64,000 nucleotides of DNA from Ramlibacter sp. (lineage in GTDB: Bacteria > Pseudomonadota > Gammaproteobacteria > Burkholderiales > Burkholderiaceae_C), in assembly GCF_028291745.1 (NCBI RefSeq), contig NZ_JAQGNQ010000028.1, forward strand, positions 12,674 through 76,673, written 5' to 3'. This document shows positions 8,370-20,105 of this stretch, piece after piece. Below the pieces are notes generated by a model. The model searched no databases. It had not been told where the DNA came from and worked only from the letters and a program-made list of their open reading frames with translations. The stretch's first letter is position 1, and each line of letters starts with the position of its first letter. Made by a program: the position numbers and the translations under genes.

Positions 8370-9290
8370 TCACTTGCGGCCGCGCTTTTGCAGCGGAGCG
8401 GGGTCTTCAGGGGCCGGCCGCGGCGGCATCTGCGCCAGCAGCGACCTGAGCACCATCACGTGCCGCGCGCCATCCACGTGCGACTGCGGGTAGCAGACGA
8501 TCTTGGCAAAGGCCGAATCGGGCCGCCGCTCGACCTTGGCGACCTTCGCCACCGGGATGCCCGCCGGGTACACCCCGTCGACCCCGCTGGTGGTCAGCAG
8601 GTCGTTGACCTGCACGTCGGCATTGGCGGCCATGTAGCGCAATTCGAGCCCGCCGCTGCCGAAGCGGCCGGCGTCGCCGTAAACGATGCCGCGGGTGCCG
8701 GTGCGGGTGTTCACCACGGGAATGGCCTGGTCCGAATCGGTGACCAGCGTCACCTCGGCAATCAGCGGGTGCACGCGCGTGACCTGGCCGAGCACGCCCG
8801 ATTCGTCGATCACCGGCGAGCCGGCTTCGACGCCCTGCGCCAGCCCCTTGTCGATCACCACCTTGCGGGTGTACGGGTCGGCCGCGTCGTAGAGAACTTC
8901 GGCGGCCAGCGAGGGGGAATTGAGGCGTTCGCGCAGGCCGAGCAGCTTGCGCAGCTGCGCGTTCTCGTTGGCCAGCTGCTCCACCTGGTTGGCGCGCTGC
9001 GACATCAGCAACAGCTTCTGGTGCGCGATCTCTTCGTTGTGCAAGGCGGTGTTCAGCGAGGTGAGGTACGTCTGCACTCCCTGCACGCCCTTGACGGGCC
9101 AGAGGGCGATCCACTGGATCGGGAACAGCACGGTCGCCACCGCGGCGCGCACCGGCTGCGTGATGCGAAAACGCGAGTCGGCCACCATCAGGAACAGCGC
9201 CAGCGCGCTGCAGACCATGAGCTTGGAGAGCGCCGACGGTCCTTGCTTGAAGAAGGGTGGCGGGGTGCGGTCGAGGGTGCCTAAGGGCAT
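8370..9290 (-). CDS. mreC: Rod shape-determining protein MreC
   Basis: It has an N-terminal TM segment, a coiled-coil region (LNTALHNEEIAHQKLLLMSQRANQVEQLANENAQLRKLL) and beta-barrel domains (GSPVIDESGVLGQVTRV..., VYPAGIPVAKV). Confidence 0.9.
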   Translation of the reverse strand: MPLGTLDRTPPPFFKQGPSALSKLMVCSALALFLMVADSRFRITQPVRAAVATVLFPIQWIALWPVKGVQGVQTYLTSLNTALHNEEIAHQKLLLMSQRANQVEQLANENAQLRKLLGLRERLNSPSLAAEVLYDAADPYTRKVVIDKGLAQGVEAGSPVIDESGVLGQVTRVHPLIAEVTLVTDSDQAIPVVNTRTGTRGIVYGDAGRFGSGGLELRYMAANADVQVNDLLTTSGVDGVYPAGIPVAKVAKVERRPDSAFAKIVCYPQSHVDGARHVMVLRSLLAQMPPRPAPEDPAPLQKRGRK

Positions 9291-9412
9291 GACAAGTGAC
9301 TTCGCTTCGCGCGCTGACGAAATGACAAAGGCCCGGATATTGTCATGCCTGACGCGGCAGGCGTGTCGTCCAGAGCCGCGCGCCAGGCGCGGCCCTGATC
9401 ATTCGGCATTCG

Positions 9413-12390
<2,978 letters not shown>

Positions 12391-12391
12391 A

Positions 12392-13837
12392 ATGAGCAAG
12401 CTCATTCAAGGCTACGAAGTCGTCATCGGCTTCGAGACCCACAGCCAGCTTTCCACCGAAAGCAAGATCTTCAGCCGCAGCCCGACGCGCTTCGGCGCCG
12501 AGCCCAACACGCAGGCCTCGCCGGTGGACCTGGCGCTGCCCGGCACCTTGCCGGTGATGAACGTGGGCGCCGTCGAACGCGCGATCCGCTTCGCCCTCGC
12601 CATCGGTGCGCAGGTGGCGCCGCGCAGCATCTTCGCGCGCAAGAACTACTTCTATCCGGACCTGCCCAAGGGCTACCAGATTTCGCAATTCGAGATCCCG
12701 GTGGTGCAGGGGGGCAACATCGAGTTCTATCTGGGCGAAGAGAAGAAGTCGGTGCGCCTGGTGCGCGCCCACCTCGAGGAAGACGCGGGCAAGTCGCTGC
12801 ACGAAGACTTTGTCGGGCAATCGGGCATCGACCTCAATCGCGCGGGCACGCCGCTGCTGGAGATCGTCACCGAGCCGGACATGCGCTCTTCCGACGAGGC
12901 GGTGGCCTATGCCAAGGAGCTGCACAAGATCGTCACCTGGATCGGCATCTGCGACGGCAACATGCAGGAAGGCAGCTTCCGCTGCGACGCCAACGTGTCG
13001 GTGCGCAAGCCGGGGCAGCCCCTGGGCACGCGCCGCGAGATCAAGAACCTGAACTCCTTCAAGTTCATGAAGGAGGCGATCGACTTCGAGGTGCGCTGGC
13101 AGATCGAGCAGATCGAAGACGGCCTGGCGATCCAGCAGGCCACCGTGCTGTTCGACCCGGACACCGGCGAGACGCGGTCCATGCGCACCAAGGAAGACGC
13201 GGCGGACTATCGCTACTTCCCCGACCCGGACCTGCCGCCCCTGGTGATCGCGCCGGAGTGGGTCGAGCGCGTGAAGAGCGAGCTGCCCGAGCTGCCGCGC
13301 GTGATGGCGGCGCGCTTCGTGGCCGACTACGGGCTGCCGGAGTACGACGCGACCACGGTCACGCAAAGCAAGGCGATGGCGGCCTACTTCGAGCAAGCGG
13401 CCAAGGCAAGCGGCCAGCCGAAACTGGCCAGCAACTGGATCATGGGCGAGGTCTCACGGCGGTTGAATGCGCAGGAGATCGCGATCGATCAGGCACCGGT
13501 GGCCGCAGGCACGCTGGCTGCGCTGATCAAGCGGATCCAGGACGGCACGGTTTCCAACAATGCGGCGCGGCAGGTGTTCGACGTGCTGTGGACGGGCGAA
13601 GGCCGCGAGGTGGATGCGGTGATCGAGGCCAAGGGCTTCAAGCAGATGAACGACGCCGGCGCGCTGGAAGGCATCGTCGACGAGGTGATCGCCGCCAACC
13701 CGGCGAACGTCGAACAGATCCGCGCCGGCAAGGACAAGGCCTTCAACGCGCTGGTGGGCCAGGCGATGAAGGCGAGCAAGGGCAAGGCGAACCCGCAGCA
13801 GGTGGGCGACTTGTTGCGCAAGAAGCTGGGGGTGTGA
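12392..13837 (+). CDS. gatB: Asp/Glu-tRNA amidotransferase subunit B
   Basis: [22 protein letters not shown]...[14 protein letters not shown]...RCDANVSVR is canonical GatB. It starts 1 nt after the gatA stop. Confidence 0.95.
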   Translation: MSKLIQGYEVVIGFETHSQLSTESKIFSRSPTRFGAEPNTQASPVDLALPGTLPVMNVGAVERAIRFALAIGAQVAPRSIFARKNYFYPDLPKGYQISQFEIPVVQGGNIEFYLGEEKKSVRLVRAHLEEDAGKSLHEDFVGQSGIDLNRAGTPLLEIVTEPDMRSSDEAVAYAKELHKIVTWIGICDGNMQEGSFRCDANVSVRKPGQPLGTRREIKNLNSFKFMKEAIDFEVRWQIEQIEDGLAIQQATVLFDPDTGETRSMRTKEDAADYRYFPDPDLPPLVIAPEWVERVKSELPELPRVMAARFVADYGLPEYDATTVTQSKAMAAYFEQAAKASGQPKLASNWIMGEVSRRLNAQEIAIDQAPVAAGTLAALIKRIQDGTVSNNAARQVFDVLWTGEGREVDAVIEAKGFKQMNDAGALEGIVDEVIAANPANVEQIRAGKDKAFNALVGQAMKASKGKANPQQVGDLLRKKLGV

Positions 13838-13848
13838 TCCGGGGCGAG

Positions 13849-13868
13849 GCGGCAGGCCACCCTGCCGC
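13849..13868. terminator. GC hairpin between convergent gatB and the DUF4124 gene (possible bidirectional terminator)
   Basis: gcggcagg-ccac-cctgccgc forms an 8-bp perfect stem. Only a weak T-run (gctttctc) follows. Confidence 0.35.
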
Positions 13869-13886
13869 GCCGCCGGACCCGCTTTC

Positions 13887-14558
13887 TCACCTCGAAGGAG
13901 CCGCCGGCCCTCCCGCCGCCGCAGCTGCCGCCGCCCGCTGCGCCCACAGCGACTTCAGCCGCGCGAGCTCCTCGTCGAAGCGCGCGTTCACGCGCCGGCG
14001 CTCCTCGTCCTGCCCAGCGATGAAGCGCTCCTGCGCTTCGATCTGCTGCTGGTTTTCCTCGACCCGGTGCTTCAGCCCCGCCGGCCACTTCGCCGGGCTC
14101 TTGTAGAACTCGGTCTCCTGGTCCAGCCGGCGGCGCTGCTCCCGCAACTCCGCGGTGCGCCGGTGGCCGCTGTCGATGGCGTTCTGCACCGCCTGCAGCG
14201 CCTTGGCGCGTTCGGCATCGTGCGCCTCCTGGCCGGGATAGCGCCCCAGCAGCGCGCGGTCGAGCCGGCGCTCCTCGATGCGGCGCAGCTCTTCCTCGGC
14301 GCGGCGGCGCTCGCGCTCGTCCCGCTCGGCCCGCTCGCTGGCCGTCAGCGACGGCGGCACCGTGCGGCGCACCGTGCCGCTGCCATTCAGCAGCTTCTGC
14401 TCGCGGTCCATGCATTCGGCGATCGGCCGGTCCGCGGTGATGTGCCGCCCCTGCGCATCCACGCAGGCGTAGATCCCGCCGGGTGCCATCTGCGCGCGCG
14501 CGCCCACCGCCGCAGCCACCAGCGCGGCGAGGGCCAGGCAATGCAGGACACGCAACAT
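13887..14558 (-). CDS. Secreted DUF4124-type protein with charged coiled-coil region
   Basis: It has a signal peptide, then GGIYACVDAQGRHITADRPI (DUF4124-like), then an E/R-rich helical region and a poly-Ala C-terminus. Confidence 0.6.
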   Translation of the reverse strand: MLRVLHCLALAALVAAAVGARAQMAPGGIYACVDAQGRHITADRPIAECMDREQKLLNGSGTVRRTVPPSLTASERAERDERERRRAEEELRRIEERRLDRALLGRYPGQEAHDAERAKALQAVQNAIDSGHRRTAELREQRRRLDQETEFYKSPAKWPAGLKHRVEENQQQIEAQERFIAGQDEERRRVNARFDEELARLKSLWAQRAAAAAAAGGPAAPSR

Positions 14559-14573
14559 CGAAGCTCTTTCCTT

Positions 14574-15245
14574 TCAGCCGGCGCCGTAGCGATCGCGATA
14601 GGCCAGCACCTTGGAGTGGTGCCGACCGAGCTCGTCGCCGGCATGCTCGCCAAGGTACAGCAAGAGGTCTGCCAACTGCGCGATCGCGCACACCTGCAGG
14701 CCCACTTTGTCACGGACAAATTGCACGGCGCTCCACGCGACGTCCTGCCCGCCCTCGGTGGCCTTCTCCTGCCGGTCCAGAGCGATGGCCACCGCCTGCG
14801 GCGTCGCCCCCGCGGCCTGGATCAGCGCGATCGATTCGCGGGCCGCGGTGCCCGCCGACATCACGTCGTCGACGATCAGCACGCGCCCGCGCACCGGCGC
14901 GCCCACCAGCGTGCCGCCTTCGCCGTGATCCTTGGCTTCCTTGCGGTTGTAGGCATAAGGCACGTTGCGGCCCAGGCGCGCCAATTCGATGGCCACCGCC
15001 GCCGCGAGCGGGATGCCCTTGTAGGCCGGCCCGAACAGCATGTCGAAGGCGATGCCGGAGGCCAGGATGCGCTGTGCATAGAATTGCGCCAGCCGCCCGA
15101 GTTTCGCGCCATCGTCGAACAGGCCGGCATTGAAGAAATACGGCGACAGCCGCCCGGCCTTGGTCTTGAACTCGCCGAAGCGCAGCACGCCGGATTGCAC
15201 CGCGAATTCCACGAAGTCCTGCGCCAGCGGGTCGCTCGTAGCCAT
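14574..15245 (-). CDS. pyrE: Orotate phosphoribosyltransferase
   Basis: The translation reads [41 protein letters not shown]...[13 protein letters not shown] (PRPP-binding motif). The ATG is at 15245. Confidence 0.92.
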   Translation of the reverse strand: MATSDPLAQDFVEFAVQSGVLRFGEFKTKAGRLSPYFFNAGLFDDGAKLGRLAQFYAQRILASGIAFDMLFGPAYKGIPLAAAVAIELARLGRNVPYAYNRKEAKDHGEGGTLVGAPVRGRVLIVDDVMSAGTAARESIALIQAAGATPQAVAIALDRQEKATEGGQDVAWSAVQFVRDKVGLQVCAIAQLADLLLYLGEHAGDELGRHHSKVLAYRDRYGAG

Positions 15246-16047
15246 GGGAAAGTCCTTGTTCAAACTGACCAGCCTCAACCTCAACGGGATCCGCTCCGCC
15301 GCCGGCAAGGGCGTGGAAGCCTGGCTTGCCCGGCACAGTCCGGATTGTATTTGCGTGCAGGAAGTCAAGGCCCAGCACGCCGACGTCCACGGTAAATACG
15401 ACGCCCTGGCGGGGCTCAAGGGTCACTTCCACTTTGCCGAGAAAAAGGGTTATTCGGGCGTCGGCGCCTTCAGCCGGCACGAACCGAGCGACGTGGTCGC
15501 CGGCTTCGGCTGCGCGGAATTCGACGCCGAGGGCCGCTATGTGGAGCTGCGCTTCGACACGCCACAGCGCAAGCTGTCGATCGTCAGCTGCTATTTCCCC
15601 TCGGGCTCTTCCGGCGAGGAGCGCCAGCAGGCCAAGTTCCGCTTCCTCGACGCGCTCGATCCGCACCTGGTGGCGCTGAAGGCGCAGCGCGAGTTCATCC
15701 TGTGCGGCGACATCAACATCGCCCACCACGAAAAGGACCTGAAGAACTGGAAAGGCAACCGCAAGAACAGCGGTTTCCTGCCCGAAGAGCGGGCCTGGAT
15801 GACAAAACTGTTGACCGAAACGGGCCTGGTCGACGTTTATCGTCACCTGCAGCCCGAGACCACCGAGGCCTGCTACACGTGGTGGAGCAACCGCGGCCAG
15901 GCCTATGCCAAGAACGTGGGTTGGCGGCTGGACTACCACCTGGCCACCCCCGGCATCGCGCACCTGGCCCGCAGCGAAGCGATCTACCGGGAGCAGCGCT
16001 TTTCCGACCACGCCCCGATCACGGTGGAATACGACCTGGGGCTGTAA
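15244..16047 (+). CDS. xth: Exodeoxyribonuclease III
   Basis: ...[12 protein letters not shown]...CVQEVK...[13 protein letters not shown]...[12 protein letters not shown] is the Xth/EEP family pattern. The start is either the ATG at 15244 or an in-frame TTG at 15256. Confidence 0.88.
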   Translation: MGKSLFKLTSLNLNGIRSAAGKGVEAWLARHSPDCICVQEVKAQHADVHGKYDALAGLKGHFHFAEKKGYSGVGAFSRHEPSDVVAGFGCAEFDAEGRYVELRFDTPQRKLSIVSCYFPSGSSGEERQQAKFRFLDALDPHLVALKAQREFILCGDINIAHHEKDLKNWKGNRKNSGFLPEERAWMTKLLTETGLVDVYRHLQPETTEACYTWWSNRGQAYAKNVGWRLDYHLATPGIAHLARSEAIYREQRFSDHAPITVEYDLGL

Positions 16048-17446
16048 GCGCCGGCGCCGCGCCGGCAGCGACCGGTGCGCCGGCCGGTTGCGGCTGCTGC
16101 GCCAGCCGCGCGCGCTGCGCCGCGGCCAGCGCGCCATACAGGGGATGCGCCAGCCAGCGCGCCAGCACGCTGGCACCGAGCGAGCCGGCCATCAGGCTCA
16201 GGACCATCGCGTGGCCGTCCACCATCTCCATGACGATGATGAAGGCGGTCATCGGCGCCTGCGTCACCGCCGCCAGGAATCCGGCCATGCCCAGCGCGAT
16301 CAGCGCCGGCGTGCGCGCATCCCAGCCCATGAAGAGGCCGATGTCGGCGCCGATGCCGGCTCCGATCGCCAGCGAAGGAGCGAACAGCCCGCCGGGCACG
16401 CCCGACCAGAGGGCCAGCCAGGTGGCGACCAGGCGCAGCGTCACGTACAGGAAGGGCACGTCCGCGTGGCCCTCCAGCAGGCTGCGCGTGGAGGCATAGC
16501 CGCTGCCGAAGGTGGTGCCGCCGCTGACCGCACCCACCACGGCGATGCCCAGTCCGCAAGCGGCTGCGAACGCCACCGGATGACGCGCCCGCCAGCGGCT
16601 CACCGCATCCGCCCGGCCCGCCAGCGAGGCGTACAGCAGGCGCGAGAAGAAGCCGCCCAGCAGCCCGCTGGCCAGCACCACCAGCAGCGCCGGGCCAATG
16701 AAGGACGCCTCCAGCGCCGGCACCCGGATCACGCCGAAATACGCGGAGTTGCCGAAGACCGAGATGCCGACCACGCCAGCGAGCACGATGGCCGCGATCA
16801 CCAGCCCGCTGCTGCGCGTCTCGATGCGCCGCGTCAGTTCCTCGATCGCGAACATGATGCCCGCGAGCGGCGCATTGAAGGCGGCCGCGATGCCGGCGGC
16901 ACCGCCCGCCACGAGCAGCGCGTTCGGGTTGATGCCCGCCTTGCGCGGCAACCAGCGCCGGGCATGCATCATCACGCCCGCGGCAACCTGCACGGACGGC
17001 CCCTCGCGGCCGATGGCCAGCCCGCCCAGCAGGCCGGCCGCCGTCAGGACGATCTTGGCGAGCGACAATCGCAGCGACACGAACCTTCGACGCGCGGCGG
17101 GACTGACGCCGTCCTGTAGCGCGACCATGACTTGCGGGATCCCCGAACCGGCGGCGCCGGGAAAGAATCGCACGGTGCACCAGACGATGGACGCGCAGAG
17201 CAGCGGCGTTGCCAGGAAGGGCAACCAGGGCCAGCGCTGGCTCGCGCCGGTGAACCCGCCGAGCGCCAGGTTGCACAGGGCGGTGAATGCCACCACGCTG
17301 GCCCCGGCCAGCGCGGCAAAAGCAAGCACGACCACGCGTGCCAGCCAGCCGCGGGTATCGGCCAGGTCGCCGCGGATGGCCGCCAGCACATCGGGCTGCC
17401 GGGGGTGTACTTCTTCCGCGGGGTGCATGTCGGCCTGCCGGTGCAT
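16019..17446 (-). CDS. ClC-family voltage-gated chloride channel/antiporter
   Basis: It carries the ClC selectivity motifs GSGIPQ and GREGPSVQ and a polytopic membrane profile. The 3' end overlaps convergent xth by 29 nt. Confidence 0.85.
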   Translation of the reverse strand: MHRQADMHPAEEVHPRQPDVLAAIRGDLADTRGWLARVVVLAFAALAGASVVAFTALCNLALGGFTGASQRWPWLPFLATPLLCASIVWCTVRFFPGAAGSGIPQVMVALQDGVSPAARRRFVSLRLSLAKIVLTAAGLLGGLAIGREGPSVQVAAGVMMHARRWLPRKAGINPNALLVAGGAAGIAAAFNAPLAGIMFAIEELTRRIETRSSGLVIAAIVLAGVVGISVFGNSAYFGVIRVPALEASFIGPALLVVLASGLLGGFFSRLLYASLAGRADAVSRWRARHPVAFAAACGLGIAVVGAVSGGTTFGSGYASTRSLLEGHADVPFLYVTLRLVATWLALWSGVPGGLFAPSLAIGAGIGADIGLFMGWDARTPALIALGMAGFLAAVTQAPMTAFIIVMEMVDGHAMVLSLMAGSLGASVLARWLAHPLYGALAAAQRARLAQQPQPAGAPVAAGAAPALTAPGRIPP

Positions 17447-17496
17447 TTGTTCAAACCTACCGATGGTACTGCCATGGTGAAGCGAGGCCTGCCAGC

Positions 17497-18435
17497 GTGA
17501 TCGTCCGTGACCGCCCGCGCGGCCTCCAGCTGTTCTACATCCTGCGCGGCTCGATCCTGCCGCGCATCGCCGCGGAACTGGCCACCTGCACCGGGGTCGC
17601 CCTGCTCGTGACGCTGACGCACGGGTTCGTCTACCAGTGGAAGATCACGCTGACCGCCGTGCCCTTCTCGCTCATGGGCCTGGCGCTGGCGATCTTCCTG
17701 GGATTCCGCAACAGCACCGCCTATGACCGCTACTGGGAGGGGCGCCGGCTGTGGGGCGACCTGGTGCACCGCTCGCGCAGTTTCGCGCGGCAGGTGCAGA
17801 CGCTGCTGCGCTTCGACGCCGCGGTCGGGCCGGGCGACGCGCGTGACCCGCGGCGCCTGATGATCCTGCGCACGGTGGCGTTCTCCTCGTGCCTGCGCCA
17901 CCAGTTGCGCGGCAGCGATGCGGCCGCCGATCTCGCCCGCCTGCTGCCGCACGACGAGGCGCAGGCCTGCGCCGCCGCGCGCCGCCCGGTCGACTGGCTG
18001 CTCAGGCGCAACGGCGAAGAGCTGGGCGCGCTCCTGCGCGCGGGGCGGGTGGACGCGCCCGTGGCCGCCGAAATGGACCAGAGCCTGTCCGGCATGGCGG
18101 CGGTGGCGGCCGGCTGCGAGCGCATCAGGAACACGCCCATCCCCTTCCCCTACACGCTGCTGCTGCACCGCACCGCCTGGCTCTATTGCTTCCTGCTGCC
18201 CTTCGGCCTGGTGGATACGGTGCGCTTCATGACCCCGTTCGTGGTGGCGATCGTGGCCTATACCTTCTTCGGCCTGGACGCGCTGGGCGACGAGATCGAG
18301 GAGCCCTTCGGCACCGCGGAGAACCACCTGGCGCTCGATGCCTTGTGTCGCGAGATCGAGATCAACCTGCGGGAGGCCCTGGGCGAGACCGAGTTGCCAC
18401 CCCCGCTGGAGCCGGTGGACGCGCGGCTGTCTTGA
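17497..18435 (+). CDS. Bestrophin-family (YneE/UPF0187) anion channel
   Basis: Reading from the in-frame GTG at 17497 gives VIVRDRPRGLQLFYILRGSILPRI...FLGFRNSTAYDRYWEGRRLWG...PFPY, the bacterial bestrophin pattern. Confidence 0.8.
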   Translation: MIVRDRPRGLQLFYILRGSILPRIAAELATCTGVALLVTLTHGFVYQWKITLTAVPFSLMGLALAIFLGFRNSTAYDRYWEGRRLWGDLVHRSRSFARQVQTLLRFDAAVGPGDARDPRRLMILRTVAFSSCLRHQLRGSDAAADLARLLPHDEAQACAAARRPVDWLLRRNGEELGALLRAGRVDAPVAAEMDQSLSGMAAVAAGCERIRNTPIPFPYTLLLHRTAWLYCFLLPFGLVDTVRFMTPFVVAIVAYTFFGLDALGDEIEEPFGTAENHLALDALCREIEINLREALGETELPPPLEPVDARLS

Positions 18436-18447
18436 TGAGGGCCGAAA

Positions 18448-18517
18448 GGTGGTGTGCCTTCGGCATCCCACCGTACGGAGTCGCTTATAGGGTGGGTTGC
18501 GCGGAGCGCACCCCACC
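18448..18517. repeat. Pair of REP-like hairpins (variant of family C) between the bestrophin gene and pldA
   Basis: ggtggtgtgccttcggcatcccacc and tagggtgggttgcgcggagcgcaccccacc resemble the elements at 42984-43079. Confidence 0.6.
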
Positions 18518-18527
18518 AGGCAGCCTG

Positions 18528-19652
18528 CTACCAGTCCACCAAGCTGAGACCGACGCTGAAGACCGTGCGGCGGCGATTGAAGTCCAGCAGCGTGTCGCCG
18601 TAACCGGTGAACAGTTGCGTGTGCAACTGCAGCCCGCCGGTGGGGTGCACGTCCTGGTTGCCGAGCGTGCGGAACCACTCCAGCCGCACGGAGCCGCGGC
18701 TGTTGCTGTGCAGCGAGCTGCGGCCGGTGACGGCAAGCAGGTTGGCGCGGTTCTGGTGCCAGATCACGCGCGCCTCGCCCCGGCCGATGAAGTCGCTGAT
18801 GTCCGGGTTGTCGTCGGTGGCCGGGTTTTCGTGCAGCCGTTGCCAGACGCGCGCCTGCACCTGCAGCCGGCCCTTCTCGGCGCCGCCCATCAGGTACACC
18901 CGGTTCCAGCTGCGCGACAGCGGCAGCGATTGGCCGTTCGACTGGTGCACGACGCCCAGCCCGCCGAAGCGCACGCGCCACTGGCTCGGGTCGGCCGACT
19001 GCAGCGGCAGCACGTAGATGAATTCCGGTTCGTGGTCGGTGCTGCGGAAGGGGCGCGACAGGTCGGCGGTGAAGATCTGCCAATAGGACTGCTGGGTATA
19101 CGCGAACCACAGCGAGTCGCTCGCGTCGGGCCGGTTGCGCAGCAGCAGGTTCTGGGCGATCTTCGTGCGCACCGAAACCTGCAGTCGCACCTCGGTCGTG
19201 CGAAAGTCCTGGCTGGTGGTGGCGTTGTTCAGCGGATTGCCGGAGGTCGGCTCGCGGTTCACGGTGTTCGCGTGCACGACATCCGCCGACATCGGGTGGA
19301 ACACGCGCAGGCCGAAGGTGCCGCAATCGGCGCCGGGTTCCAGCTCCCAGAAGCGCGAGAGCTCGGAATAAGCGAGGTCGTGGCAGCCCTCCTTCTCGGT
19401 GAAGCGCAGGCCGCCGCCGCCGCCGCCGGCAGCGGCGGGCACCACCGGCGCCGGCACCGCAGGGATAGTGGCCGGGATGGTTGCGGGCGCAACCGGGGTG
19501 GTGCGGCTCGCGCTCCAGCGGTCGTAGCAAGCCAGGCGCTGGGAGTCGTCGGCCATGCCGGCGCAGTTGGGGGCGTCCAGCGCTTGCGCGTGCGCGCCCC
19601 AGGTCAGCAGCGTTGCGGCGGCCGCGAGCAGGCGGGCGGATGTCCTTGTCAT
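18528..19652 (-). CDS. pldA: Outer-membrane phospholipase A
   Basis: It has a signal peptide, an Ala/Pro-rich linker and an OMPLA beta-barrel pattern with the catalytic HQSNG motif (...GLGVVHQSNGQS...). Confidence 0.8.
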   Translation of the reverse strand: MTRTSARLLAAAATLLTWGAHAQALDAPNCAGMADDSQRLACYDRWSASRTTPVAPATIPATIPAVPAPVVPAAAGGGGGGLRFTEKEGCHDLAYSELSRFWELEPGADCGTFGLRVFHPMSADVVHANTVNREPTSGNPLNNATTSQDFRTTEVRLQVSVRTKIAQNLLLRNRPDASDSLWFAYTQQSYWQIFTADLSRPFRSTDHEPEFIYVLPLQSADPSQWRVRFGGLGVVHQSNGQSLPLSRSWNRVYLMGGAEKGRLQVQARVWQRLHENPATDDNPDISDFIGRGEARVIWHQNRANLLAVTGRSSLHSNSRGSVRLEWFRTLGNQDVHPTGGLQLHTQLFTGYGDTLLDFNRRRTVFSVGLSLVDW

Positions 19653-19709
19653 GCCGGAATGCTAGCCGGGCAGCGGGGATGTGGGGCCCCTGGAGCCTGT
19701 GAACAGGCC

Positions 19710-20105
19710 CTAATCCTTGCGCAATACGAACGGCTTGCCGCTCCTGGCCCCGTCGATCGTCCAGACTCCGCGCGCTTCGCGGCCGCACGAGCCCTCCACC
19801 AGCTCGCCCACCCAGTTGGCGGCGATGTGCACGCCGTCGGCGGATTCCTCCAGGGTGAACTCGCCGTCCTCGACGTCGCCGGCCAGCTCGCGGCGTTCGC
19901 CGTTGCGGTCGATCCAGCCGCTGAAGCTCTCGGGGTACTCCGCATGCTTTTGCAGCAGCAGCGTTCCCACGTGGCCCACGCCGTCCAGCTCCGCGCGCCA
20001 CAGGCCGAGCATGTCGGCCTGCTGCACGTCGCTGGCACGCAGGCAGGGCTCGGCGAACGCCGCGGTCGCCAGCGCGGCCAGCAGCAAGGCGACGATCCGT
20101 TTCAT
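19710..20105 (-). CDS. Small secreted hypothetical protein (two Cys, signal peptide)
   Basis: The protein begins MKRIVALLLAALATAAFAEP.... It is 131 aa. Its ATG overlaps the rep stop (ATGA). I did not recognise a family. Confidence 0.5.
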   Translation of the reverse strand: MKRIVALLLAALATAAFAEPCLRASDVQQADMLGLWRAELDGVGHVGTLLLQKHAEYPESFSGWIDRNGERRELAGDVEDGEFTLEESADGVHIAANWVGELVEGSCGREARGVWTIDGARSGKPFVLRKD

